From the human T2T-CHM13v2.0 reference genome, Homo sapiens, in assembly GCF_009914755.1 (NCBI RefSeq), contig NC_060927.1: DNA of 64,000 bases. One strand, written 5' to 3'. Positions 43,083-55,957 of this stretch are shown in pieces (within the stretch, counting starts at the first letter, position 1; each line of letters opens with the position of its first letter). The translations under genes and the position numbers were made by a program. The notes under the pieces were generated by a model. The model was not told where the DNA came from and did not search any database. It was given only the letters and a program-made list of their open reading frames with translations.

Positions 43083-46000
43083 ATAGGCAAGTAATGTGTT
43101 AAGTACTCAGATAGAAGGTGTATTGAAGGACTTGGAGTCCAAGTTAGAACATGAAGAACATGGGAAGGAAAGGTGTCGCAAGCAGAAGAAACAGCATTTG
43201 CAAGAACTCTTCTCTAGAATATAAGGGAGAAAAGCAAAGAGGGTCACAATGATTAGCTTCAAATACTTAGGACACACATGGAAGGCAGTTAAGGCTTGAT
43301 CTGAGTTACTTCAGGGCTGAGAAATGGGATAAACAGGCAGGAATAAGAGAGGCCAAATTTACTCAATCTGAAAAAGAACTTTCTTATCCATGGAACAACC
43401 TGAATGATAGTAATGATAATACTAGCAAGTACATATATGCCACTTATTATATGCCAAGTACTGATATGTGCACTTTATGAATAAATATATAAATATTTAC
43501 TTTATATAATTTTATATATGTCTATGTGTGTGTATATAAATATACAATTAATACTCATAACGGCACTCTGCTACTACTATTCCCAATTCATGGGTACAGA
43601 AACCAAGGTATCAGGTAACATGTCCAAGGTGCAATCAGTAGCTGGTGGCCCCTGGATTTGAACCTTGGCAGTCTGGCTCTAGCATTCGTGTTCGTAACCA
43701 CCCTTCTATACGGCCAATGGACTAGCACATGTCCTATTACTGAAGGCATCCAAGTAAAGGTTGGGTGGCCCTTTGATAGGAATGCCTTAAAAGGGCTTCC
43801 TGCATTGAATGGGAGGCTGAGCCATATCACTTCTGAGGCCTCTTTCTCCTCTGACCCTGTGAGGCTGGTAACTTAATTCAAATTGTCTTTATACTTTCAA
43901 GGTTCATAACTCACAACTCGTAACCACACTTCTTCCAGTCTCCTTTCTTCCTTCTTCCACTCAAACCATGAAACTCTATCCGTCCTAGCTGCACAATTTT
44001 CCCTCCACATACTCTTGATGCTCTCTCCCAATTCTTCGTTATATAGGTTGGACCAAGCCTTTCTGGAAATGCCTTTCCATCCTCCCCTCCTGCCTCTCAG
44101 TTTCCTTCATATGTTTTCTCTCCATGTTCCCCTCTCTGTAACTACATCATCCAGGTCAAGAAATTCATCCAGCAAAGACAGCATTTACCTCTGAGAGTGG
44201 GTAGAGGAGATGCCCAGGGTGGGAGCAGGCAGGGAGATGGCTGGTCGGGCACTGCCTTTCCCATGGCAGTTTGGCTTTGTGGCCACTTTACTCTTCTGAC
44301 TAAGAACTCCTCAGGTTTAAAGAGCAGAACGAGAGGACAGAGGAAAAGGAAAAAGTGAGCTTCTGTGTGCCAAGCCTGGCCACTCAGGCTGGAGGGCTTT
44401 TAGCTGAAGGGTCTCTCAGACTTGGCACGAAAAGAGGGAGCCATTTCCCTTGTCTTTATAGAACCAGGGAAACCTCAGACATTTCTGTTTGTCTTGTGAA
44501 CAGCTGGTGACTCCTATGTGAATCTAGTTAAGCATCTTCCTGGCTGCAAACACTACAAGTTCTATTTTTAAGATTAAGAACATTTTCCTAAAATGTATCT
44601 CATAAAAGATTGGCTTCAGACATTTTATCCCCAACACACCATTTTGTGGTGCAGGCTAAATCTCATTATAGAAATTACTCCAACCTGAAGCTTGGCCAAG
44701 TCAATAATATTGATTGATGAGCCCAGGATGTCAACCATCTCAATACGATGCTTCAGACCCGACCCGTTGTTCTTTAACCTTGTCATATTTGTGGTTAATG
44801 CCCCTTCCCCTGGCAGCCCCTCCCTAAAAGAATAAATGTCAAATACAAACCAATTGCATTTGCTTCAGTCAAATGAAGCAAGATGCAGCAGCGTTTCAGT
44901 CTGGAATCTGTGCTGCCATTGGAACTTGGAGGGGTTTGGTTGGTTGATTCTGAGCTCTCCTTCAAGTGCACTTGTGGTGTGCTCTGTTCTGTCCCAGGCA
45001 CTAAGACCTGCAGCGTGACATTCCAAGCAAAAGAGACATGCAGATACCAGGATGCTCAATTTGGGAAAGTAAAAGCCAGAGTCAAAGAAAGACAATCACT
45101 GTGGAGTAAATTCCAGGGCTCCTGTGGAATCTGCCTTTATTCCCATAAATACATACTTAAATCAAGCAGTTCCTCTTAGAACTCTGAGTCTCCTCCTGTT
45201 TGTTGCCACCATCATTAAAGGGTATAATCAGGTGACAGCCTCTGTAAATAGGAGCAGAAATCAAAACCAGACAGATTGCTACCTACCCATAATATATTTC
45301 ACCTTAAAAAATAATAGTAAAAAATACAATAGTAAAGCAAGGGCTGTAGAGTGAAATATATATATTTTTTCTGCCTAAAGAAAAAGAGAGAGGAAACAAG
45401 TTCAGCTAATTCAGAGTGGAAGGTTGTGTATTAGGGACCTCACATTTATCCAAATAGAGGATGGTGTGGTGAGGGGTTGCCAGGGGAGGAAAGCATCACA
45501 GAAACAGTACGGAGAAAAGAAAGCGACAGGATGACGCCACAGAGCCAGACTGTAAAAAGGGGGAAATGGTAAAAGAGCCTGAAATTCTTCTTCAAGAATT
45601 CTTTCTTTTCAGCTGAGTGGAGCCATGGTTTCCTGTAATTATCCAGTCATGTGGCTGGCATGGATATAAGTGGGGCTTCTCTTTAGAAAAAGACGAAAAA
45701 GAGAAGGGTGTTGGGCCGTAGCTGGGTCCTGTCTTGACAGTCGGATAATTTCAGCAGACCTCAGTCGGCAGCTCACCCAAGCCACAGCACAGACTGGTCT
45801 CAGAATTCAAAGTGCAAGTATCCTCAGTAATTGCCAAAAGGCTTTTGGATGGGGAAAACAGTTTTCCAGGACCCTCCCGGTCCATAAAGCAGAAAGGTGA
45901 GCATGTAATGCTGAAAGGTTGGCTCTGCCTTGGTCCTTGGTTGACCTAACAACACAGCCTCAGCTTCCTTCTGTTTTCCAAGTTTCTCTGCTTGTCTGTG

Positions 46001-46159
46001 AAAAAGGAGCAACCCCTGTACACAGAAGAAAGAGTGCAAAATGGAGGAAATCCTTCTTCAGGCATAATCGAAGCTAAGTCAAAGAGGAGGAGAGAGACCA
46101 ACCAAAATGAGCCAAACAATAGGAGACTTAAATAAAACCCAGGCCCAGTGAGGCCACTT

Positions 46160-46685
46160 CAAGAAGGCAGCAAAAATTACAGACATCACTGGAAAGGATG
46201 GTGGCCACTGAAAACTGCAGGCAACAGCAGTTGTGGTGAGGAACTGGCTTGGACTAGTGTAATAATCGTTCTGGATATTATGTAATGGATGATTTGGCAT
46301 CTTGAAATCATGGGCCAAACTAATGACCAAAGTTGTTTGCATTCATATTTCCCTGTGTTTTTTGCAAGCACTTGGAAATGGTATTACAAATCCTCTGGCC
46401 ACAAACTCCAACATCTGTGTTTTGCATCCTGCCCTGTAAAGGGCATCCTCACCCAACAACTTCCTGCCACTATAGTAATAAAGGCCATTGCCCACGCTTT
46501 CTCATTCTTCCTTCTGACTCTTGACTAACTCTGGCTGTTCTCCTTGTGACCCCTGCAGGGCACTGTGTGCCCCCTCCTCTTGGAACTGTGCATAATAAAC
46601 TCTTCTTTCAAATGCAATCGTCTCTGTGCCTGTCATCTTGCCCCACCTGATTCAAACAAGTCCCAGGCACATTGTAAAACAGCTA
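46160..46685 (+). mobile_element. Old LTR-like element (family uncertain)
   Basis: LTR-like layout with AATAAA near 46594 and a ..TAAAACA end; family not recognised. Confidence 0.35.
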
Positions 46686-46829
46686 CAAAACATCATTTTG
46701 GATTCTCAATGGTGTACGCATTTCTAAACTGTGTTTGTGTGAGCAGTGGTCTGTGAGACAGACTTTTTCCTCACGGCCTATGTGATTCTGAAGGTGGAAT
46801 TCACAAACCAGCTAATGATGATAACAGCT

Positions 46830-47050
46830 AACCTGGTTTGACAACTTGCAAACAATGAGTACTTCACATGACTCAACTCATTTCATCCTCATCTCAGCTC
46901 TATGTGGTAGGTCCCATCATTATTCCCATTTTACGCATGAGGAAAGGCTCAGAGAGGGTGAGTAAGAAGCAGGAGATGACTCAGCCTGTGGGCAACAGAG
47001 CTTAGAGGTAGTCTGGCTCCAGAGGCAGGGTTTCTAACACTGTACTTACT
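46830..47050 (-). mobile_element. MIR SINE
   Basis: ATTATTCCCATTTTACGCATGAGGAAA..GCTCAGAGAGGG. Confidence 0.7.
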
Positions 47051-48329
47051 CTTACCTCAAATTCACTTGCTGCATCTTTAGTTCTTTCTCACTGTGATGG
47101 CCACATAGTCATGAGCAACGACAAACATTTACTGAGGCCAAATGAATGCATGTCATTATCGTAGGCACCAGGAGTACCTGACTATGAGAAAATGAGTCCT
47201 ACTCTTGGCGGATACGATGAAAATATAACAGACCAGCATAGCTTCCACCGAGAACCAGTTATAGAGACAACAGATGCTTGCAAAAATAAGAGAGAAAAAA
47301 ATCATAAGCTTTAGGGGAGCTGGAAAATTTGAGGGTGGGGGTGATTAACTTGTACTTTAAAGGAAAGAGAGGGCTAGAAAATGGACAGCTGAGGGGAGGG
47401 CATTTCTAGGAGATGAAAAGGAGAGAAAAAAGGCAACATAGGAAGACTGGCATGTTTACAGTTTGGCTCTATTGATCCTTTTTTTATTTGAGTGAAGGAT
47501 TAGGTTGACATTAAAAAGGTTGATGCCGATGACAAAGGCTCTCCCATTGTGATGCTCAGGGAGCTAGTGCATCGGCTGAGCTTTGTGGAAGACTTGTAAG
47601 TAGAGGGGAGGAGGTGAGCAAACTCAAGAGATTAGGACAAGAGGGAGGGAGCAGCCCGGGAGGTGGAATGCCAGAAAAGAGGATGGTCGGGGCTCACTGA
47701 GATTGGGAAGGGCTGAGCTGAGGCCCACTGCAGGCAACAGAGAAGATAGGGATGAGACTGGAACAACATATCCTTTGGGTTCAGAGGGTTCTTGGAGTCC
47801 AGTTCCATCATGGATAAACAAGTACCTGTAATTAGGATTACTGGTGTTATAGGAAACAGTATTAAAAACAACCACTAAAGTTCTTGCCTTTCTTCCCTAT
47901 TTCAAGTCCTACTAGAGGCATTTAAAAAGCTGGCATATAGTGGATTTCTAACAACCTGGATTACTAACACAACATGCTAGTGTTATATTTGTCAGTATAT
48001 CTTTTGCTTTAGGTTATTTTCTTTTAATTTTTGTTTCATTAGATAAGTAGAAAGTTATTAAAGAAAACAGAAATTTTAGATATTAAAAAGGAATATGCTA
48101 AATTACATGTAATCCTACCAGCTGGTCATAATAAAAGTATTTTTTTTGGTATTAACTAACCTGTCAGACATTATAAATGTTGTATATACACACACATGTG
48201 TGTGTTTATATAATACACTTGTTTTATAATGAAACAATCATAACCAGGCATATGGCTATATAACCTGCTTTAATTCATTCATAGCATACCGTTACTGTAT
48301 TTCCATGCCAGTAATTGTATATAGAGAGA

Positions 48330-48462
48330 GCTGGGCTCAGTAGCATGAGCCTGTAGTCTCTGTAGTCTCAGTTTCTTGGGAGGCTGAGGCTGGAGGATTG
48401 CTTAAGCTCAGGAGTTTGAGTCCAGCCTGGGCAACATAGCAAGACCCCATCTCTTAAAAATA
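48330..48462 (+). mobile_element. FLAM / Alu left monomer
   Basis: GGAGGATTGCTTAAGCTCAGGAGTTTGAG..GGGCAACATAGCAAGACCCCATCTC. Confidence 0.85.
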
Positions 48463-48849
48463 ATTATACATACATCCATACATACATACACACCCACACA
48501 CACACACACAGATGAAAATGATGTATATATACATTTTTGACCTAACAGTTACATGAATGTCCCATGACTTGTTTGAATATTTTACTTTCTTTCTTTTTTT
48601 AAGTATTTTACATAATGTAATGTAGCACTAAATATTTTTGGACATTAGTTCTGAGTACTTGTCTGACTATACAGGTAATTCTCAAAAATAGATGAGAAAT
48701 GTTACTTCTCAGACTGTCTCCTTTGTTGTTTTCAAGATTTTCTCTTCATCCCTACACATCTGTTGACCATAATTTTCTCTTTGGTCAATTTCCTTTTATA
48801 TAGTCTCACTTGAAAAATGACTACATGAATCTCCCGTGGCAATTCCAAA

Positions 48850-49563
48850 ATTCCAAATAATTTATGTAGATACTCCGTCTTCAAGGAGGGGGAGCATACA
48901 TTCCTACTCCTTAAATGTGGGCTATGCATAGTGACTTCCTTCCAAGGAGTACGGCATAAAAGGAGGAACAAAAAATGAAAGTAACTTTACGGTGGAGCAA
49001 CATGACAACACCACCTCATCCAGGTGATCAAGGTCTACATCAACAGCTATAAATCATGTTGATGTTACATACTCCTGATAAGATGTGATGAAAATGACAG
49101 TTTACCTCTGTGGCCTTCCCCCCTGCCCCGCCCCCCAGTAACCCAAAACACCAGTCTTATCATGACAAAACACCAGACAGCATTTTAATAGTAGGGCATC
49201 CTACAAAACATCTAACCAATACTCTTCTAAACTGTCCAAGTCATTAGAAACAAGGAAAGTCTGAGAAACTATCCCAGCCAAAAGGAGCAAAGGAGACATG
49301 ACTAACTGTAACCTGGTAGCCTGGATAGAATCCTGGAACAGAAAAGGGACAGCAGGTAAAAACTAAGGTAATCAGAATAAAGTACGGACTCTAGTGAACA
49401 ACAATTTATCAATATTGGTTCATTGATGGTAACATATGTACCATACTAATGTAGGATATTAATATCAGGGAAACTTGGCATTGGGTATATTAGAACCCTC
49501 TGTACTATCTGTTTGACTTTTCTGTGAATCTACAACTATTCTAAAAATAAAGTCTATTAAAAA
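48850..49563 (+). mobile_element. L1MC/L1MD-like 3' end
   Basis: CCAGGTGATCAAGGT..CATCAACAG; AAACAAGGAAAGTCTGAGAAACT; TGTACTATCT..TCTAAAAATAAAGTCTATTAAAA. Confidence 0.8.
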
Positions 49564-50239
49564 TGAGCTTAAGAGCATCCCAAAGGTGGTTCTTTTCTTG
49601 GTGCCGTCTGAATGCGCAAATGTAGACATGTGAACTGGACTTCAGGCTACTGAAGTCAGGCCTAGTCTGGGCCTGTCCTCACTGGTGAGGGTGGGTGTGG
49701 GGATGGTCTACAGAGCAGAAGGCAGTCCCCGGCCAGACGGAGAGCTCAATGTGGAGGAGCCACCCTTATTATTTCCTCCTGCTTGAATATGTGTACTCAT
49801 CCTAGAAGGTGCACATTCTTTCACTCCAGCAATACTAACAACAGTAAGAAGAAAAATTCTCAAAATTGAGTGAAACACCGCCACCACCAACCATATCAAG
49901 AAAGAACACACCTGCAACAGCTTTCTCTGCATCGATTTAATTTGCTCTCCAACAAGTTGAGGCCTTCATAGGATGGACAGTCCACCTGCATGACTAACTC
50001 TGCTGGAGAAAGCCTTGGACCTGGAACTTGCCCAGAGAGTTAGAAAAGCTGAGAGTGTGACAGCAGGGTGCCACCAAGAATTCACTGTCTTCAAGAAGAG
50101 CAAACAGGAGCAATAATGCTATTACCATTGCTAACTGTGTAAAACACATATAAAACACACCAATAACTTAGAAGTTTCTTGTTCACAGGTAACTCAGTTT
50201 TTTAAAATATGGGTTACTTGGACTGTTTCTAATAAAATA

Positions 50240-50470
50240 GCTAATATTTGCTAAGCTGACCACTTGCTACCTGCCAAGCTCTGTTTGAAGCACCTAATAT
50301 GTATTAATTCATTTAGTCATCACAACTCTATGAAGTGGTTACTATTATTGCTCCCATTTTATAGATGAAGCTGAAAGAGAGGTTAAGTAGCTTTCAAAAG
50401 GTCTTACAGAAGGGAGAATTCACATCATAATAATTTGACTCCAGAACCCAAACTCCCAATCTCTATACCA
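50240..50470 (-). mobile_element. MIR SINE
   Basis: CCCATTTTATAGATGAAG..GAGAGGTTAAGTAGCTT..TGACTCCAGAACCC. Confidence 0.7.
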
Positions 50471-51675
50471 TATAATATGTAGCCTTACACACATATATGT
50501 GCACATATATACACATTCATATAGGTATATATGCATATATGTTTGTGTGAATGCACGTATCTTTACTATAAAACATTCTAAAACTGGTAAATTCTTTATG
50601 ATGTAAAGTTCTATTTCAACTGAAACACAGAATAGAAAAATTATTGACTGTTTAAATGTTCAGAACATTTATAGATGATATGTACATAAAACAGAAAAGT
50701 AATGATTTGATACTTAGAGATGAATTGGTAAATAAAATGCCATTTTCATATCAGTTTTAGCAGATAAAAGCCTTTGAAGATTGCTTGAATATTACACAGA
50801 AGAAAAGAGCTCTCTCTTAGGACAACTGTTGCCAGAGATATAATACTTAAGTACAATTGGAAAATTCTAAATCCCCTTGGAGTTGGAGGGAAGTGGATTT
50901 CTGTAATGAGTGCTACTTCCAATTCTCTTGAGAAGAATAATAAAGGCCAGATTGATTTTCCCTTGGAGAGACTGATTAGGCATTTCTTAAACCTCACTCA
51001 CAGGTAGCTGACCTCTGCCTTGGAATTTTGAATCTGTAGGTCACAGATGTGTCATTTTCATGCATGCTTACATAAGTAACCTGGGAAATAGATGATGCTG
51101 GCATTTTGAAGCCTGGTTTTTATTATTATTTTTCAAATAATATATAATTTCAAATAACTTTAAGGTAGGGCAGAATTGTTTATTTCTGCACTAGAGGGAA
51201 AGCTCCCTCTCACAATAGCCAAAGGAAGCTTGCGGGGAAGCATTTTTCAGCAGCAAGGACAGGGATGAGAACTGGAGCTCTGTGATCCTGAGGGAAGGCT
51301 GATTGAAACAGCAGATAGGAGGAAGATTAGAAGCAGCCAAAGATAAACAGAACCCATGAGATTATTCTGAGCATCCTGTGCTGCTGTGGTACACATGGTG
51401 GCTGAAATTCTCCCCAGGGGTGTGTATCACAAAGCTGCAGGTTTTCCCTCCATGATTAGGAGTACTGCTTCTGTTCACGTTACCATGGTGATACCAAGAC
51501 TGATTAAAGGGAGTTCTGTGAGGCAGTGTGTTCCATGAACGTGTATTCCTGTATGTGTGCATGCTAGGGGTAACACACACACACACACACACACAAACGC
51601 ATGCATGCACAAGTCATATCTAATTCTGATTCTTTTGTTGGGTGGGAATTTGATGCCAGTATTTACTTTATTTGG

Positions 51676-52050
51676 AATCTTAGTCCTCGTAAGTAGGTCA
51701 TCAGTTAGAGGTAGGAGAACATCCTGTTATACAGAAATGTTGACAATTGTAACTGTGGGGCTTCCTGAGGCAACGTTTTCCCTTCTCAAGACCAAAGGTG
51801 AAATATAGGTTGGAGAGAGGTGCCAGGGGAAAGGTAAATATGAGGACTGCCTTAAGAATTTTTTTCTTCTTTTTTTTTGTAAAGTCCATTGGAACCTTCT
51901 TGGGCAAATCAGGAGCAGCCTTTATTGTGTGTCTAGGTGTCATGAATTCCGAAAAGGTGATATTGTGATGTGGTAAGACAATTTCAACCCCTCTTATTTT
52001 GCATTTGGTTAACGGTATCTCCTGGGGCCCAAGTTGACATCCTCATTTAC
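51676..52050 (-). repeat. Arm A (probable donor) of a ~350-bp inverted duplication
   Basis: Reverse complement of 55252-55598; both arms translate to MTPRHTIKAAP[D/N]LPKKVP on opposite strands. Confidence 0.93.
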
Positions 52051-53634
52051 CCATGTTTTTGTCTTTTCACTTGCTCCCAGTAGTCTCTAAATCCAATGCA
52101 GTGCCTTCTTGTAGCCTCTTAACTCTAAGCTCTTTCCTCCATCCTCACAGTCTCAGCATTAATTCAAGCCCTCACCATCTTTACTAGGACTACTTCAGTA
52201 GCCTCTCAGTGACACTCTCCAGTCCCACTGTTCCCTAGGCCACCACCCACATGACCACCAGAAAGATCTTTCTAAAACAGTTGTAGTTTTGTCACTGTTT
52301 TAGTCAACACCCACGCACCCCACCCTGCCCCACCCCGGCAGAGCATTCAAGGCCATAATCACATTCCCAGGAATTTCTCCAATTAAAATCCTGAGGCCAG
52401 CCGAAGTCAGTATGCCCTTTGAGACTTAACCAAAATTTAGCTCATTCTTGAATTCTGAGGAAGGTCTAAGAATCTCCCAACAATTTTTCTTAATTCCTAG
52501 GGTTTATGTTCTCTTGGTCTAGCTTACTTAAGTTGATCTGTGACTCTGATATATTCTATACATTCTATAGAGATGTAACGTATTCTATGCTTATTTTATG
52601 GGCAGTATTATGGTAAATGTATTACATGTATTATTTCATTTAACCCTCACAACAGCCCAAGAAAGCTGACACTATTATTAATTCTATTTGCTGGATAAGG
52701 AAACTGAGGCTTAGGGAGACACATGTCTGAAGACACCAGACCATAAGTGTAAAGTGAGTAGACAGTCATGAGGGTCTGACTCTACCACCGCTCTACACTG
52801 CCTCCCTTTCTTTCCTCTCATTTCCTGATCATTCATTTATTAATTTACTAATTCATCTTTGAATGAATGCCCTTTGTATGCTAGGTACTGTTCTAAGAAT
52901 GAAGGCGGATATCAGGAAGAATAGGAAATGATCCATGCTCTTAAAAGGAAACAGAAGTGTGCAGTGTGTGGTGACAGCATTTCAGGAGCAGGGGCAGACC
53001 TAATGCAGAGGGCTCTGCACCAACCATAGCCTGGCTCAAGAGTTTAAATCTCCTCATTGCTCTTCAACTAACATCCAGAATTCTCCATAACTTGCACTCT
53101 TTTACCCACCTTCATCCATGCTGTTCTTCCTCTCTCTTCCTCCCTATTCATCCTGTTTTTCCCTGCAAACATGCCAGATCATTCCTATCCTCTGGTCATC
53201 ATCACCCCCAATATTTACCTGATTAGAATGGTTTCTGTCTCCCTCAGTCCTATCTATTCTTCAGCATGCGTCTCAAGTCCCACGTACTCAAGGAAGGCTT
53301 CCCAGATGCCCCCCGGTGACAATGATTTCTTCTGCTCATGCATTTACATCACACCTTGCCTATTTGGATTATTTTTTCCCCTGGTAATTTTGTTAGACTC
53401 CCAGCCCACTGCTTTATTATCACGACCCTTTTTCTCCCCTTGGGTTCCTTTGCAACATTTCCTGCCTTTTTGGTAGGAATATGGCATGGCACAATGCTTA
53501 ACAATTTTGGCTGTTCAGCTGAACAAGCCCAGTTTGAATCCTGACACCCCTGTTTATTAGTTACATAAATGTCTCAAGACACACAGCTAAGTCTTGGTTT
53601 CTTCCTCTGTAAAATAATAGTAGTAGTAGTAGTA

Positions 53635-53983
53635 TGTTATGACTGCATGTTTGTGTCCCTCCAAAATTCATATGTTGAAATCTCCAATGTGATGGTACTT
53701 GGAGATGGGGCCTTTGGGATGTAATTAGGCTATGAGTGTGGAGCACTCATGCTGAGCTTAGTGCCATTTTTAGAAGAGACATGAGACAGTTTGCTTCCTC
53801 TCTCTGCTCTCCACTAAGTGAGGAGATGGCTATCTGTAAACCAGGAATGGGGTTTTCACCAAGAACCTGGCCATGCTGGCACACTGATCTCACACTTCCA
53901 GCCTCCAGAACTGTGAGAAATAAATGTTGTTTAAGCCACTCTGTCTATGGTATTCTGATATAGCGGCTGGAACTAACTAAAAC
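53635..53983 (+). mobile_element. MLT1A-like (MaLR) solo LTR
   Basis: TGTT..TGTTTGTGTCCCTCCAAAATTCATATGTTGAAA...CCAGCCTCCAGAACTGTGAGAAATAAATG..CTAAAACA. Confidence 0.88.
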
Positions 53984-54049
53984 ATACTGTCTACCTCATT
54001 GAGTTGTTATACATACTAAAGGTTGTAACACTTTAGAAAAAGCCAAGAA

Positions 54050-54080
<31 letters not shown>

Positions 54081-54140
54081 AACATGCCACACAACCAGGA
54101 AGTCATCTATGATGAGATGTATTTACTAGGTATATGTTTC

Positions 54141-54224
54141 AGATGAAGTCTAGGTAACATCACAGTCTGGAGAAATAGAACAAAGATAAAGTCTAGGTAA
54201 CATCATAATCTGGAGAGATAGAAC
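54141..54224. repeat. 43-bp tandem duplication
   Basis: AGAT[G/A]AAGTCTAGGTAACATCA..TCTGGAGA.ATAGAAC occurs twice. Confidence 0.9.
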
Positions 54225-55071
54225 TCTGAACATACAAACAAAGGAGCAATACACATAATTCAGATGTCAGCTGGGTCACCTTGCTTGACCCAGACCTGCT
54301 GTTCATAGATTCTGAGAAGCCTAATGTTTTCCCCAAGACGTCTTTAAATTCCTTGGGGGCTTTAGGTGTTTGTGAATCACCCATGGCCCTGAGCTCCCTG
54401 TTCTGCCAAATAACTCCTCTGTGGTCTCAGTTCCCATACCTTGCCAGCCCTTTCTTCTAAATTTCCATTAAATGAATGACTCACACAAGCAGAGCATTTT
54501 CCTGAAAGTCTTGGGAGTTCTGTTGCAGAAATGCAAATTGCTCAAAATTTAATGCTGAAAATTTCTGTTCCTTAAACACCCCCAGCCATTTCCCTCTTAG
54601 TCACCTGGTCCTTCTCTCACTTCTTCCCACCACCACTTCCACTGTTGTAATGGAATTATTTCCAATACACGAGCCTCTGCCAAATCTATGCTCTTACGAC
54701 CTCATCTTGTTCCTTGGAATCTCATTAAGGTGTTTTTCCAGAGACAGTTGTGTCTTCCTAAGAGGAATTCTGGTCTCTGCTTCTAATACATTTTAAAACT
54801 CTGCCACATTTAAATTATTAAAAGTATCCATCCTCATTGGAACACTGGCATCTCTGCCACTAACTATGGGCACACCTAGGCCACTTTAGATCTAAAGAAT
54901 GAGGAGATGAACAAGATGATTTCAACTGCCAAACTGTATATGGCAACTGCGTAGCTGAAAGATGTAAAACTCATTAAATCTGTCTGAAAGCAGTTAGGGA
55001 ATATATTGCTAGCGCAGAACACAAGTTCAAGGTTTAAATGTTAGTTATCAAGGTGCTCAAGAGGAAAGGCG

Positions 55072-55957
55072 AATATATTGTCTATCACTGTGTATAACAC
55101 ATTACCTAAAGATTTAACAGTTAGATCAATGAACATTTATTAGGTCACAAAGTTTTGTATAGTTGGGAAGATGGGAGTGGCTGAGCTGAGTGGCTTCAGC
55201 TCAGAGTCTTGAAGGACGCAGCCAAACTGTTGATTGGGCTTGATGTCAGGAGTAACTGAGGATTTCAACTTGGGCCCCCAGGAGACCCCATTAACCACAT
55301 AGAAAATAAGAGGGGTTGAATTTGTCTTACCCTATCACAATATTTCCTTTTAGGAATTCATGACACCTAGACACACCATAAAGGCTGCCCCCAATTTGCC
55401 CAAGAAGGTTCCAACCATAATATTTAAAACAGTCCTCATATTACCTTTCCCCTGGCACCTCTCTCCAACCTATATCTCACCTTTGAGGATAAGAGGTGAA
55501 AACGTTGCCTCAGGAAGGCCCATAGTTACAATGAACATTTCTGTATAGCAGGATGTTCTCCTACCACCAACTGATGACCTACTGTGAGGACTAAGATTGA
55601 CTGGGGCTAGAGGGTATGCTCCCAAGACAGCTCACTTGTGTGGCTGTTGGCAGGAGGCCTCAGTTCCTGGCTGGCTATTGGCAGTTGCTAGCCACACAGG
55701 CTTGTCCACAAAACTGCTTGAGAGTCCTCACAACATGGCAGGTGGCTTTCCTAAGATTGAGCGATCCAAGAAAGAGCAAGGAGGAAACCATGATGCCTTT
55801 TATGGCTTAGTTTCAGAAGTTTCACACGGCCATTTCTGCCATATTTTATTAGTTAGAAGTGAGTCCATACATCCAGCTCACAGTTAAGGCAATGGGAATT
55901 AGGCTCCAGGTTTGAAAGGGAATGTCAAGGAGTGTGGGCCTGTTTAAACCATCACTG
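55072..55957 (-). mobile_element. MLT1E/F-like LTR split by a ~347-bp foreign insert
   Basis: AACATTTATT..TCACA, GGCTGAGCTGAGTGG, then after the insert TTGACTGGGGCTAGAGG..GGCTGTTGGCAGGAGGCCTCAGTTCCT. Confidence 0.8.
55252..55598 (+). repeat. Arm B (inserted copy) of the inverted duplication
   Basis: Reverse complement of 51676-52050. Confidence 0.93.

Noticed and set aside
51701-55548. Two 'paralogous' ORFs starting MTPRHTIKAAP
   Set aside because: They derive from the inverted duplication, and their frames diverge through indels after about 18 codons, which argues against coding constraint.
51676-55598. Inverted arms as terminal inverted repeats of a DNA transposon
   Set aside because: No TSD outside the arms, no transposase between them, and arm B lies inside an MLT1 LTR.
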